This document shows positions 1 through 12,681 of a stretch of DNA of 64,000 nucleotides, one piece after another. The notes under the pieces are model-generated. The model saw nothing but the letters and a program-made list of their open reading frames with translations. It made no database searches and was not told the DNA's origin. The stretch lies in NCBI GenBank assembly GCA_965603825.1, contig CBFDEM010000046.1:248001-312000 (forward strand), written 5' to 3'. The first letter of the stretch is position 1; each line of letters begins with the position of its first letter. Origin of the DNA: Blepharisma stoltei ATCC 30299. Its lineage: Eukaryota > Protista > Ciliophora. Position numbers and translations under genes: made by a program.

Positions 1-822
1 CACTCAGCAGGGAGTATCAGTTTAATTTTTCAAGCAATTCTTCCAGTTCTATATAAAACAAATTCAGAGGTGACTATTAAGGTATTATCTATTTAGGGTG
101 GCACCGACGTTTCTCACTCTCCACCAACTCATTTTATTGAAAATGTGCTTCAGCCTATTCTTGCCCGAATTGGGGTAAATTTCGATTATTCAGTAAAAAG
201 ATTTGGGTTCTACCCAAGGGGTGGTGGGGAAGTTCTACTAAAAATTGAGCCATCAGAAAGTTTAGCAGGCATAGAAATAGTAGAAAGTGGAGGAAATCCA
301 CGATATTTTGGCGAACTTTTATATTGCCGAAACAGAAAAAGACGAAAAGGAGATATTGGAGACGATGAATATTTGAATAGAATAACAAAGGCAGCAAGTA
401 AAGTTTATATAGAAAATGAACTTGGCATTTCTGGAGGTAGAATCAACGTAAGAGAAGCTGATGGGCTGAGTAGGTGTGTAGTTAATAATTTTTGGGCTGT
501 AACTGAAAATGGCAATATTTTGCATAATTCAGATATTGAAAGCTTTAACTCAAAACAAAATCCAAAACCGGAAGAAACAGTTAGCAAAATTGCAAGTGAA
601 TTGGAAGATCAGGTTAATTCAGGGGCATGTGTAGACAATTATTTGCAGGACCAGCTTTTGATATTTTTGTCAATGGCAAAGAGTCCTTCTGTAATTAAAA
701 TACACTCATTGACACAGCACTCTGTAGCTGTAATCAATTTAATCACACAAGTTGGGCTTGCTTCTATTAGTGTTGAAGGAAATATGATGAGAATTGAGCC
801 ACAAAATGAATTATCAGCATAA
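1..822 (+). CDS. RTCA: RNA 3'-terminal phosphate cyclase (5' truncated by window edge; 15-nt intron 82-96)
   Basis: Frame 1 reads HSAGSISLIFQAILPVL...TIK|GGTDVSHSPP after removing 82-96; motifs GGTD, GFYPRGGGEV, CVDNYLQDQLLIF, LTQHS; ends TAA. Confidence 0.9.
82..96 (+). other. 15-nt spliceosomal intron
   Basis: gtattatctatttag; A at position 10; removal deletes an in-frame TAG and restores K-GGTD. Confidence 0.9.
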
Positions 823-1291
823 TTTAAGGTTTTTATATATAAGATTTATGTCATAATTTATTTTATTTATCAAATGCCTACTTCTGTTATTTTTTTAAAA
901 TAATTAAATAATATAGAAAAATAAAAGAAAAAGGTCACGCGAACAAAGGAATTTTCTATCATGCACGCTAAATAATAATATAGTTTTCAACACATATATA
1001 GTGCATAATCATTTTTATTACTATTTTTCAAATTATTTTACTGCTATCAAAAATTAAATTTGCTATATCGAATACAAAATTTAATTTATAAAAAAGTTAA
1101 AAGATTCATTGCTCAATTCTGATTTAGTATGTCTTAAAATCAATAAAATAAAGATATGAAACTATTCGTCAGCATTTATGAAAAATTCCTAATAAAAATG
1201 TTTTGCATTTCTATTCTCAATTATAATTAATCCCTGCATATTAAAAACAAATATATAGGATTCATCTTCTAAATAAAAGAATCTAAAACAA

Positions 1292-4200
1292 ATGGAAAAA
1301 TTCAGCTGAACCGATCAAAGGAATGTTATTTTAAAAGAACACCCTAACTCTGAATTAGATGTCAACGGGATAGGACCAATTCATATTGCAGGGATGTCTA
1401 GCAAAGATACAAATTGATCTGCATATGATGAAAACTCCAGAAATATTCAGGTCGGAAGACCAGCACATTTTTCAGAATTCCCTCCAAATGAAATCCGAAC
1501 ATCCAAATACACAATTTTCACTTGAATCCCTAAAAGTTTATTTATCCAATTCCGACGCATCTCAAATGTCTACTTTTTAATTATGTCAATCCTCGCTACT
1601 ATGCCTTTTTCCCCAAAAAATCCATTTTCAATTGGGATTACTTTTGCTGGTGTTCTTGTCTTTACAATGCTGAAAGAAGCCTATGAGGATTATTTCAGAC
1701 ATAAACAAGACAACATTGAAAATTCTAAAAAATTTGCGACTTTTAACAGAGAGATTGCTCAAGTAATAGAAACTGAATGTAGAAATATAAAGGTAGGAGA
1801 TATCGTAATTATTAAAGACGGAGAATTTTTCCCAGCAGACCTTCTGCTTGTTTCTTCTAGTAACCCAAATGGTAAAGCGTATGTAAACACAATGAATTTA
1901 GACGGTGAAACAAATTTAAAAGAAAAAAGTGCCCATGACACTACAAAAAGGCTAAATATGATAAGTGATTTACCAGATTTATTTTTAGATATCAATTGTG
2001 ATCATCCGTCATCATCTCTAGTCAAATGAAACTGCAGCATAAAATTGCCTAATAATGAATGAGAGCCACTTGGAATGAAACAATTATTAATGAAAGGCTG
2101 CATCTTAAAAAACGTAGAATATATTTTTGGAGTTGTTATATATACTGGACATGAAACAAAAATTATGCTGAATAGCAAGCATCCTCCTAGTAAAATTAGC
2201 AATGTTTTGAAAAAAATGAATAAGATTTTATACTCGGTTTTTGCATTTCAAATATTTATATGCATACTATTTGCTGCTTTAAGTGTAAGTTGGCAAAATC
2301 ATAACAGCAAGGATCATGTTTATCTAGAATTGGAGCATAATGCACATGCAGGAAATTTTATTATTAATATTTTAACATTCTGGATTTCTTATTCTCACTT
2401 GATCCCAATCTCACTTTATGTTGCTTTAGAAATTGTAAAATTAATGCTCTGTCATCTAATCAGTCAAGATCTCTCTATGTACTATGAGCCCGACAATAAA
2501 CCTGCATTCTGCAGATCTTCAGATCTTGTAGAAGAACTTGGCCAAGTAGAATTTATATTTTCCGATAAAACAGGAACTTTAACCTGCAACATGATGGAAT
2601 TTCGAAAATGCATGATAAATTATATAGTTTATGGGACCAATTCATCTGTATTTGGAGAAGAAGATACTCGGCCTCACGAAATTCTTCAAGATGCTACAAA
2701 CCAAGAACATTTAAATTTTCTCAATTTTTTCAGGCTGATTACTGCATGCCATACTGTATTTCCAGTAAAAGATATAAATGATCCAGATATGGTCGAGTTT
2801 CATGCAATGTCCCCTGATGAATTAGCACTAGTAGAATGTGCATCTTCAATGAATATCAAGCTAAATGAAAGAAATAATAAATCCTTGGTGATATCAGTGC
2901 TTGGAGAACCTGAGTTATGAAATGTCGTTGTAGAAATCCCATTTAACTCAGATAGAAAAAGAATGTCTGTGATCGTTGAAGATCCTCAATCAAAAGAATT
3001 GATATTAATGACAAAAGGGGCAGACTCTGTGATGCTCAATTTGCTTAATTCGTCTGCAGATAAACCTAAAATCGAAAAATGCTTGCATGATTTTGCAGTG
3101 GATGGGCTGAGAATTTTAGTTATGGGGCAAAGAAAAGTGAATGAAAATGAGTTTGATGAATGATATAGGGAATGAAGAAGCGTGGAATTATGTATTTCTT
3201 CTGATAAAGAGCAAAGGCTAGATAGCCTTGCAGAACTAATTGAGAGGGATTTAGACTTCATAGGCTGCTCAGCAATTGAAGATAAGCTGCAAGACGAAGT
3301 CCCTAGCTCAATACAACTATTAATTGAAGCAGGCATCAGAGTTTGGGTCTTAACAGGTGATAAAGAAGAAACTGCTATAGAAATCGGCAAATCTTGCAAT
3401 TTGATTCAAGAAAACATGGACCTCTTCCTCCTTTCTTCTACATCTTATCCAGAATTGAAAAGAAAGCTCGAAGAAATCGACCAAAATTATAATTTAGAAG
3501 CTCAAAGCTATGCCCAGCTCAATCAAATGAAATCATTAATGGCTTCTAAAATGGGAGTAGTCATTAATGGGCTTACTCTCAGTTGAATATTTGATGATCC
3601 TGATAAAAGGCTTGAAAGGCTTTTTTTTAAAATAGGCTATTTATCTAACTCCTGCATATGCTGCAGAGTTTCTCCTGCTCAAAAAATGCAGCTTGTGCAG
3701 CTTGCTAAAAGAAATGGAGACTGAATCACACTTTCGATTGGAGATGGAGCTAATGATGTAAGTATGATACAAGAAGCTCATATTGGTGTTGGAATTGCAG
3801 GAAAAGAAGGCACTCAAGCGGTGCAAGCAGCAGATTTTTCATTCAGCCAATTTCGATTTATTACACAGCTACTACTAGTTCATGGACGATGGGCCTATAG
3901 AAGGGTTTCTTGGTTTATTTGTTATTATTTTTATAAAAATTTCGCTGTTGTTTTTACAGAAATTTGGTTTGTCTTTTTTAATGGGTTTAGTGCCCAGATC
4001 TTCTTCCTGGATTGGCTACCACTATTATATAATGCTATGTGAACAAGCTGGCCCTGCATTATAACGTATGCTTTTGAGCAAGATTTAAATGCGAAAAATT
4101 CAATAAAATACCCAATTGCTTATAAGGCAGGACATATATGTGCATATTTTACTATAAAAAAATTTTGATTATGGATTTGTTTAGCGATTTGGCATGGAGC

Positions 4201-4657
4201 TTTAATTTATTGGATGTCTGTATATGCAATGTCTGGAGTTGTGGATAAAGATGGGCAAACCACTGGAATGTGGTGGTGCTCTACATTGGCATTTACAATA
4301 ATTATTCATTTGGTAGTATTAAAATTATTCTTGGAAAGCATATTTTGGACGAAATTTAGCATGTAATTTTTATTTAGACTGGTTGTGGTGGGAAGCTTGA
4401 TATTGTATTATAATTCTATCATTATTTTAAATACTGCAGCAATGGGTGATGTATTTCAGCCAGAAATACCATATGTATTTTTCAATATTTTGTCAGTTGG
4501 GAAATCATGGATAGTCATTATTATAGGTCCTTTAATTGCATTAATTCCTGATTTCTGCATTGCGGCTGGAAAGTTTTTATATTGGCCAAGTCCAGTTGAT
4601 TCTCTTATGAAATATGTAAAATATCAAAGACTTGCAAATGTGGATGGTAATAGCTAA
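1292..4657 (+). CDS. P4-type ATPase (phospholipid flippase), one gene with ~12 TGA=Trp and a 15-nt intron
   Basis: All ORF fragments 1583-4657 share one frame. Motifs: [12 protein letters not shown](W)[87 protein letters not shown]. Confidence 0.93.
4363..4377 (+). other. 15-nt spliceosomal intron
   Basis: gtaatttttatttag; removes an in-frame TAA and joins ...WTKFSI to LVVVGSL in the same frame. Confidence 0.88.
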
Positions 4658-4823
4658 TTACAAACTACAAATATAAAGATTATAATATTAATATTTATTT
4701 TAATATTTATTTTAATAATACCAAAAAATCAATTTATTACAAAATTGAAATTATTATTTTTATTCAATAAGAGAATAGAAAATTCATATTTAATATCAGC
4801 AAAAATTTAAATTTATTAATATA

Positions 4824-5441
4824 ATGACTCACGACGAAGATTATGACTATCTTTACAAAATAGTGCTAGTAGGCGACACAAATGTAGGGAAAACCAATTT
4901 AGTATCTCGCTACATCAAAAACTCTCTCCCAAAAAATTCCAATCCTACCATTGGAGTCGAATTTGCTACTCGTGTAGTGTCTCTCCCATCTGGAGTCACC
5001 ATCAAAGCTCAAATATGGGACACAGCTGGTCAAGAAAGATATCATGCAATCGTATCAGCCCATTACAGAAGAGCAATTGGTGCTCTTTTAGTTTACGACG
5101 TAACAAATTCTAAATCCTTTGAAAATGCTCAAAAATGAATACAAGAGCTTAAATCCAAAGCAGAGCCTGATATCGTCATAATGCTTGTCGGTAACAAGAT
5201 AGATTTAACAGACAGGAGTCCAGATCTCAAGCAAGTATCTACAGACCAAGCTAAAAGGTTCGCTCAATCAGAAGGTCTTCTCCACATTGAGACCTCAGCC
5301 TTAACTTCTGTCCGAGTTAGAGAAGCTTTTGAGTTTTTATTAGAAGAAATAAATAAGTCTAAGAACCAAGGGATATCTAAAGATTCTAATGATCATATTC
5401 GACCTATCGGCCCTGGCGAAACCAAAAAATCATGTTGCTAG
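4824..5441 (+). CDS. Rab11-like small GTPase
   Basis: [35 protein letters not shown]-terminal CC; TGA 5136-5138 occupies the conserved Rab Trp (K-W-IQEL); ends TAG. Confidence 0.93.
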
Positions 5442-5492
5442 CGGGATCAGTAGAGTAATATAATACATATAATTTTAAAGAAATATTATTTT

Positions 5493-8054
5493 ATGTCATT
5501 TAGATCAGTTAGATCCATTTCTTATAGAGCTCCTAAATCTCCAAACACCGAGTTCACTATCGTCGCAATGGCTCCAAAAGGTGGAATCTCAGACAATTCT
5601 GCGTTGAAGAAGCTTAAAGCTAGCCAAGAACTCGAAAAAAACACATGACAAGGCATCTCTGTAGAAACTGTTGGAAAACCCGGACAAGGTTTGCATGCAC
5701 AGAGAGGAACATCTACGAAATTTTTGAAATCGCATGAAGTCTTATGTAGACAAAAGCTTGATGAATTTAAAAAAGAAAAAGACCATAGACCATTATTAGT
5801 ATTATTTATGCCAGTGAGTGACCATCAGTTAGTTAAAAGTGCTCTACCTCAAAATTCGTACTCCAAAGGGAACTTTTTGCAGCCTCACGAATTGCTATAT
5901 AAAATATATAAAACTGATGCGAAACTTGTAAGATCTATATTTGAAGCATCAGGATTATATTATACAGACTCTCACGATTGAAATATTATGTGGATAGGAT
6001 CAAGTGCCAAACCATATTTATACGAAGGATTAAATGAGTATCAAAGAATCAGCCATTTTCCCAATTCTTTTGAATTAACAAGAAAAGACAGGATGTGCGC
6101 AAACATTGTCGCAATGCAGAAAAAATTCGGAAAAGAAGCTTTTGATTTTATTCCTGATACTTTTATTCTCCCAGACGAATATTCAGATTTCTACAATCAT
6201 TTTTACCGAAATAAAAGCTCACAATGAATATTAAAACCCTCTGCAAGCTCAAGAGGTCGAGGAATTTATCTGATAGAAAGCATTGATGACGTCCCCACTG
6301 ACGAATCTTGCATTATTTCTCAATATATCCAGAATCCACTCCTTATTAATGGCTTAAAATTCGATATCAGACTTTATGTGTTAATTACAAGTATTGAGCC
6401 ATTAAAAATCTACATATATGAAGAAGGGCTTGCAAGATTTGCAAGCGAGCCTTATACGGCTGGGAACAAAAGCAACCATTTTATCCACCTCACAAATTAC
6501 AGTGTCAACAAAAATAATAATAAATTTGTACAAAATAATGACTGAAGGCAAGATGATGTCGGGCATAAATGAAGTCTGCATGCGCTGATGAAGCATTTAG
6601 AAGGCATTGGGGTCGACACTGATTTAATGTGAAATAGAATTTATGATTTAATTGTAAAAGCTTTGATCTCAGTTGAGGAAATTATTATTGATAACAGCAG
6701 GAAACTTGGGGTACATCGAAATAATTGTTTTGATTTATTTGGGTTTGACGTTTTAATTGACTCAAATTTGAAGCCATGGCTGCTTGAGGTAAACCTCACT
6801 CCATCATTGGCTACAGATGCACCTTTAGATTTGCATATTAAAGGAAATTTAATAGCTGACACTTTTAATTTGATAGGCTTAAGAGCTTACAACAGGAAAA
6901 AGGAATGCCCAAGTAAATTAAGGTCGAGAATAAGGTTTAAGCAAAACCAATGCTTTGGTGTCCAAACAAGAGGGTTAAGCAGCCAGTCAAATAGAATCCA
7001 ATCTCCTGATATCAATAAAAGAGAAATAAATAAAAAATCCAAACTGAAAGAAATTTTAAAAGAAACTTTAGAAGAATGAGATAGGAGAGGAGGATTTTTA
7101 AGAATTTATCCATCAAAAGACTCTGATGCTTACGATCAATTTTTTGGTACAGTAAGACCTATAAATAAAGCTTTGTATAAGGCTCTTTATAAAGAATTTT
7201 CTGCTCCAGATATCCCAATATCAACGTCAGCTAAAAATTTGGATCGTCCTAAAACATCATTAGTAAAAAGCAATACTTTTATGGAGCAAAGCAGCAAGAT
7301 AATTTTTAATGAGCAAGCTTTAGATGTGTCGAATTCTCCTCCAAATAAAAATATAAATACTATTGCAGACCATACTACTTTGGTTAGATCAAAAACCCAT
7401 ATCCCAGAGACTCTTTCATTTTATTCATATCCTAACAAACAAAGTCAAAAGGATAATATAACAATTACTGGTGATGACATATTGATTTGCTATGTTTCAC
7501 GGATTATTGAACTTATAAGACCGCTTTCTGAAGAAAAGCTTAGAAAAACATGGAAAAAATCAATTGAAAAATTTATCTGCCACAACACGTGGGAAAATTC
7601 TGAAATTAATGCAGCATGAAGTCTATGCCAAAAACTAGAAAGCAGGCTACTTGAAATGAAAGAATTAAAGAGAAAAACCATTTTCCGAGCATCTTCACCT
7701 CAAGAGCATCCTGAAGCTGAAATGCTTGAAGATATCAGAGCTCACACAATCGAGAAATACTCAGTCACCCAAATGGAAGGAATCTTAAAAAGCTCACCCC
7801 TAAAGCTCGTTTCTTGCATCGTTGGAAGAGAACGAGGGCTCCTCAGTGATATCACCAGCAGCCTTTCAAAAATAAAAACACAAGATGGCTTTTACGCAGA
7901 AGCAGAATCAGACGGCGAAAACTTTTCAAAATGCCTCGAAATCCTAAACTCCCACTCAAAGCCTCCCTCAACAAAAGGCTTATTTTCAATCCACCGCAAG
8001 TCTTCTCTTCCTTATGCCCGTCCTCATACAACAAGTAAATTTAGAGTAGTATAA
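5493..8054 (+). CDS. Tubulin polyglutamylase, TTLL4/TTLL5-like
   Basis: Single frame with 8 TGA=Trp; QRISHFPNSFELTRKD, (W)ILKPSASSRGRGI, KFDIRLYV, EEGLARFA, HLTNYSVNK, GHK(W)SL, FGFDVLIDSNLKPWLLEVNLTPS. Confidence 0.9.
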
Positions 8055-8101
8055 AATTCTGCATTTAATAAAATGATTCTTAAGCTTAAGAATATAGGGG
8101 T

Positions 8102-8638
8102 TTATAAATCCCCTCCATCCTCCACAAACTTTTCCCAGCGTCTTCTGACATAGTCTTGGTCGCTTTCTTTGACATCATGATTCATATCAGTTGGATATCT
8201 GTTTCTTGGGTCAACATAAAGACGTCTTCCAAGGGCTTTAGTGGAGTGCTCTTCAGGCTGCCAAAATGGGTATCTCGTTCTAGGGTCATTCTTTTTATTT
8301 AACAGCTTCCTTAAGCATCCTTTATATAGAAATCTCTCTTCTTCGCATTCCCAAAGCTTTTCTTTTACGCTTTCTGAGAGTGGCTTCATCCAGGTAAAAG
8401 CTCTGTCCATTACAGGTCCTATTTCAGCTGTTTCGTCGTCTAAAAGATCTGGTCTTAGCTTCCCGTCAGTTAGGAGACGAGGCCACATGGTTGGCCAATT
8501 TGGATGAAAGACTTCCATATTGCGAGGGACTGCGTCAACTAAGCACTCTTCGTAAGCAATCATGTAATCCATGCACGGAGTAGTATCGTGGACCGGAGGC
8601 ACCGTGATTGGTACATTCCAATTGTAAATGCTTGACAT
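8102..8638 (-). CDS. Twin CX9C protein, probable mitochondrial intermembrane-space / respiratory-complex subunit
   Basis: Uninterrupted 178-aa ORF with C-MDYMIAYEE-C and C-EEERFLYKG-C; all 7 Trp are TGG. Confidence 0.6.
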   Translation of the reverse strand: MSSIYNWNVPITVPPVHDTTPCMDYMIAYEECLVDAVPRNMEVFHPNWPTMWPRLLTDGKLRPDLLDDETAEIGPVMDRAFTWMKPLSESVKEKLWECEEERFLYKGCLRKLLNKKNDPRTRYPFWQPEEHSTKALGRRLYVDPRNRYPTDMNHDVKESDQDYVRRRWEKFVEDGGDL

Positions 8639-8802
8639 TTAATGTATTATGACACTCGTGACTAATATTCAATCTGGGAGAATAAAAGATATTTTAATGT
8701 CCCAAGAAATGAGGGCTGGGATATTAGATTATGGGGAAAGAGCTAGATTTGTAGGAAGGGAAAAGGAAAGAGGATTAAAGAAAACAGGTTTTGGGTTAAT
8801 TA

Positions 8803-9591
8803 TTAGTTCAAAACGTTTAAAATCCGATTAAGAAGGATAGGGGCGTCTTTTTTGTCAATGTTTATTTCAGTTTTGAGAAGCTCAGGGATCTTATCGTAGT
8901 GGACGGTGCAGCCAATCAGCTCATATCAAAAGGTGTCATCTTCTTCAATTAATAGAAAGGAGAATTCCTCTTGCATCCATCTTACTTTTACCTTGAATTT
9001 GCCTTGTCCTTCTTCTGAAATCTCAACTGCACTCAGAGTTTTGTAAAACTCAATGATTTTTTGCCCTGTCTCAATTTCTCGTTTCAGCTCTTTTTCTTGA
9101 CTTTCTTTATCTCTACTTAGCCTTTTCAGTTCAGCCCTGAGTGTGGCTTTTCTTTCACCAGTCTGTGATTTTATTTTTTCAAAGTTTTGGGTAGTTTCAT
9201 AGATTTCGCTTTGAATTTTATTAATTTTATTTTGCAGACTCATCCTATGAGAGTATTCAACGTCATATTTCTTTTGGAGTTCTTCAGCTAATTTATTGAT
9301 AGGAAGAGATTCTTTGTAACTATCTAATGATTTTGTAGTAAATTTTGTTGCACTCTCAAAAAATTCTGAATTGGCACTACTGATAGAGTTTAAAGCAGAT
9401 TTGAGGTTTTTAGTATCTTGCACAATTTGTAAAAGGGAGTGTTCAGAAAGCTCAAGAAAATTAATTTTTTGGAAGCTAATTTTGGTCTCTATTGCATCTA
9501 CATTTTGTTTGAATGAGTTTAAGCTTGTTCTAAATCTTTTAGCTTGAGCTTCTTGTGCGATAATTCTTTTGGTGGGTACACTTTCAGTCAT
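8803..9591 (-). CDS. Coiled-coil protein with C-terminal RWD-like domain; candidate Csm1/Pcs1 (monopolin) or Spc24/25-type kinetochore protein
   Basis: Reading through TGA 8926-8928 extends the ORF: ...EFYKTLSAVEI...FSFLL...F(W)YELIG...KIPELLKTEINIDKKDAPILLNRILNVLN-TAA. Confidence 0.55.
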
Positions 9592-9623
9592 ATGAATATT
9601 TAAAATAAATTTATAATTTTTAA

Positions 9624-10958
9624 TTAAAAATTTATCGACATACTTGCATCACTGTTTATTATAAGACTTTGGCTATAAATGTTTTCAGTCATAGACTCTA
9701 AGATCCAAGATAATCTTTTAATCTTTGAGTCTATCTTTTGCATTGTTTGATTCAGCTCGATCACTTCATTTTCTTTTTGTGTGTTTAGCTCGATTAGCTC
9801 TTCTTTTGTCTTTTTAAACCATTGAACGTTCCGGTAGAGTTCTTGCTTTTTCTTTAACGTTAAAAAATCGCTTTTTCCCCTCATTTTTCTGAAATAAAAA
9901 TATTCAAATGCCGAGCAGACTGAGGTAGCTGCTGCTTTTGTTTTGTGGATGTTTGTAAAAACTTTGAATTGATTAGGACTAAGATCAGTCTGACGCTCAA
10001 GGCTTACAATAATCATTGTAAGAATAAATGCACCAATTATGTAGGATATCACAGCAATTGCTCTGCCATGGTAGCTGATCGGGTAGTAGTCGCCAAATCC
10101 TATTGTTGACATGGTAATAAAAACAAGCCAAATTGGATTTAAGGGATCCTGATAGTCTTGGCCTGATAAACTTTCCAAGGGCCTTTCAAAAACTCTAAGC
10201 ATTAGACCAAGTATAAGGATAGATGGAATTGCTAAAAAAGTTACAATAATCGGCAAAGAATATTGAGCAAGAATGCATCTGAACGAGAATAAAACATTTG
10301 ACCGTGTTCCATAAAACGCACAGAATCTTCTAGCTATATGATTTTCATATATTGTATAATTTGCAAGTGCTTTAAAGAGAAATAAAAGTCTTATAAAGAT
10401 GAATACAAAAAGGAGCTCATTAACCGTGTAGCAGATATAAAGAATTTGATAATCTCATCTAAACGGGACATAAACGTAAAGGTCTATATAAGGGTACGGG
10501 AAAATAAGAAGAAGGATAACCTCCAGCACTCTCATTCAATTTATGTACTTTTTAGGTTGCTTTTTTATATATTTCGACATGTAATACATTCCGGAAATTT
10601 TATTTAATTTTTTTTCAGTTTCGTACAAATAAATGATCCAAATGCCTTTGTGATGATGCTTCATAACCAAAAATAATATTGCCATAAACGTTACAATTAA
10701 AGTAATCGCTTTATAGGCCATAATTTGGCTATTTTCATGACAATTGTTGTATGTTCGGTAAGGAGAATAATTTTGTTCATAGTCAACAATGGCAGTGATC
10801 GTCCCGATATTTGCAAAAATTGCGCATCCGAGTTCGCAATTTCTTCAGCGATTAAACATCTCTTCAGCCTTATTAAGTCGATTATTGGATCTGTTGCTAA
10901 TAAATGACGAAGCTAACGACCGAAATCGTGGAGAGTTGCATATTGATCCATTTTTCAT
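9624..10958 (-). CDS. Small-conductance Ca-activated (SK-type) potassium channel
   Basis: One frame from ATG 10958 with 3 TGA=Trp; TM helices, LRVFERP, WLVFITMSTIGFGDYYP pore, GRAIAV, C-terminal coiled coil. Confidence 0.85.
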
Positions 10959-11190
10959 CTCTTTTTAGATAAATTAATAACAAAAATTCGACTAAATTCT
11001 AATAGATCAGACATTATGATATAATAAATATAGTTCCTAAGAGAAGCCTGTATTTTAAATTAAGTAATCTCTATATTATTCACCTTCGTATTAATATATT
11101 AATCTTATTATTGATCGGTTCAGAAATGATAAGAAATTTTTTAATTTTTATTTATGTGACTTGTCAGCAAACAGATTATGAGACTTATAA

Positions 11191-11310
11191 TGCGGATTAT
11201 AAATATCGAAAGTATTTAATGCATAAATAGTGATGCCCAGTTCAGCTCATTACGGATGATAAATATCGAAAGCATTTAGTGCATAAATAATGATGCCCAG
11301 TTCAACTCCC
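11191..11310. repeat. Two-copy 60-bp tandem repeat, intergenic
   Basis: 11191-11250 and 11251-11310 share blocks aaatatcgaaag, gcataaata, tgatgcccagttca; about 85% identical by eye. Confidence 0.9.
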
Positions 11311-11497
11311 ATTTTAATTTGATTCTCCTGCTTGCATAACAAAATAATAAGTAAATTAATAGAACCAAATATGCCAGCAAGTAGAAAAATTATATATTTT
11401 CAGAAAATTATAAAATTATCAATATTTTCAATCATAATAAATACTGATAAAGCTGAAAAATAAAAATTGGTAAAAATAATTTTTGGATTTTAAAAAA

Positions 11498-12493
11498 ATG
11501 ATTGATTATGACGAAGAATCGAAATCAAGGCAACTACTCAAAGACCTCTACGTAATTAAAAATAATCCGTTTTCTGGGCTTGATTTGACAGAACACTTAA
11601 ATCCAGCTCTAAAATCTTTTCCAAAAGCCCACTCACATACCAAAGAAAGCAAAAAATCATTTAACGCTTCTTCATTTGATATTCCAGAGCTTCCTGCTTT
11701 AAGCATCGGTTTTGCAGAAGTCTCTCCGCTATTAACTCCGAAAAAACAGTTATCCAATGCAGTTGTAAATAAACTATCAAACAAAGCTAAGCATAATGAC
11801 AAGAAAACTGACCATTTATCTGTGAAACAGCTCACCTTTGACAATATCCCTCTTTCCTTGACTCCTGCAGATTATGCAATATTAGAGAAGCAAGCAGAAA
11901 AATTCATCACAAGAATAAAGACTAAAAAACGATCAGCCTGTACTCAGACTCAAACCAGGGAAAATTCGAAGCGTGAAAGTCAAACTATTATCTCATTTTT
12001 ACCAGAAGTTCATACTGTAGTAAATGAAGTCAAAACTCCTCAAAAACTCTCGTCATTTAAAGACTATCAAGCAGCCACTTTTACTGGGAAAATAATTGTA
12101 AATCATTCTCATCGAGTTACTCTTGAGATGCCAGGACATAAAACTCCTGAAACCGACGCTCATACTCATGTACCAAAAAAGATCAGAAATAATAGTCAGA
12201 GCTTTAATTGCCAGAAAAAGAGTATTCAAGAAAATAATGAACTAATTATAGATGCTACCAAACAAAATAATCAGCATGAAATTAGCAATCATCTAAGCCA
12301 TAGCTCAGTGCCTCCAACTTTTCGAGGGACTCGGTCTTGTGCATCATTGATAGGAGAAATACCTGATAATAGAAAAATCCCTTTGTATAGATTAGGTGTT
12401 GAAAAAAATTTATTTGCAGGAGTTAGAAGGAGCAAAAAGAAAATAAAGGATCTTTTTCCTTTTCTTGGGCATGATATGCAAGGCATCCTTTAA
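11498..12493 (+). CDS. Hypothetical basic low-complexity protein
   Basis: ~330-codon ORF from ATG 11498 to TAA, flanked by AT-rich spacers; no recognised domain. Confidence 0.7.
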   Translation: MIDYDEESKSRQLLKDLYVIKNNPFSGLDLTEHLNPALKSFPKAHSHTKESKKSFNASSFDIPELPALSIGFAEVSPLLTPKKQLSNAVVNKLSNKAKHNDKKTDHLSVKQLTFDNIPLSLTPADYAILEKQAEKFITRIKTKKRSACTQTQTRENSKRESQTIISFLPEVHTVVNEVKTPQKLSSFKDYQAATFTGKIIVNHSHRVTLEMPGHKTPETDAHTHVPKKIRNNSQSFNCQKKSIQENNELIIDATKQNNQHEISNHLSHSSVPPTFRGTRSCASLIGEIPDNRKIPLYRLGVEKNLFAGVRRSKKKIKDLFPFLGHDMQGIL

Positions 12494-12681
12494 ACCACTT
12501 GAAAATTATTACTAATATTAGCATTAATTAAATAAAATGCATTTAGCAATAGTAAAAGCAGCGAAAGATAACTATAACTTTACTATAGCTTAGAATTTTT
12601 AGAATTAGTTATTTTCTATTTGTTTTTTTTCTTTTATTTCTGTTATTTAATTGTAACATATATCCATAATATTTCAATTAA

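Noticed and set aside
8660-8730. Possible hairpin (tggga..taaaa/tttta..tccca) as an ncRNA
   Set aside because: Short AT-rich stems expected by chance; no recognisable snoRNA or tRNA boxes. The overlapping 60-aa ORF is also unsupported.
11191-11310. CRISPR array or hammerhead ribozyme
   Set aside because: Only two contiguous copies with no spacers, in a eukaryotic context; no CUGANGA core with proper stems.
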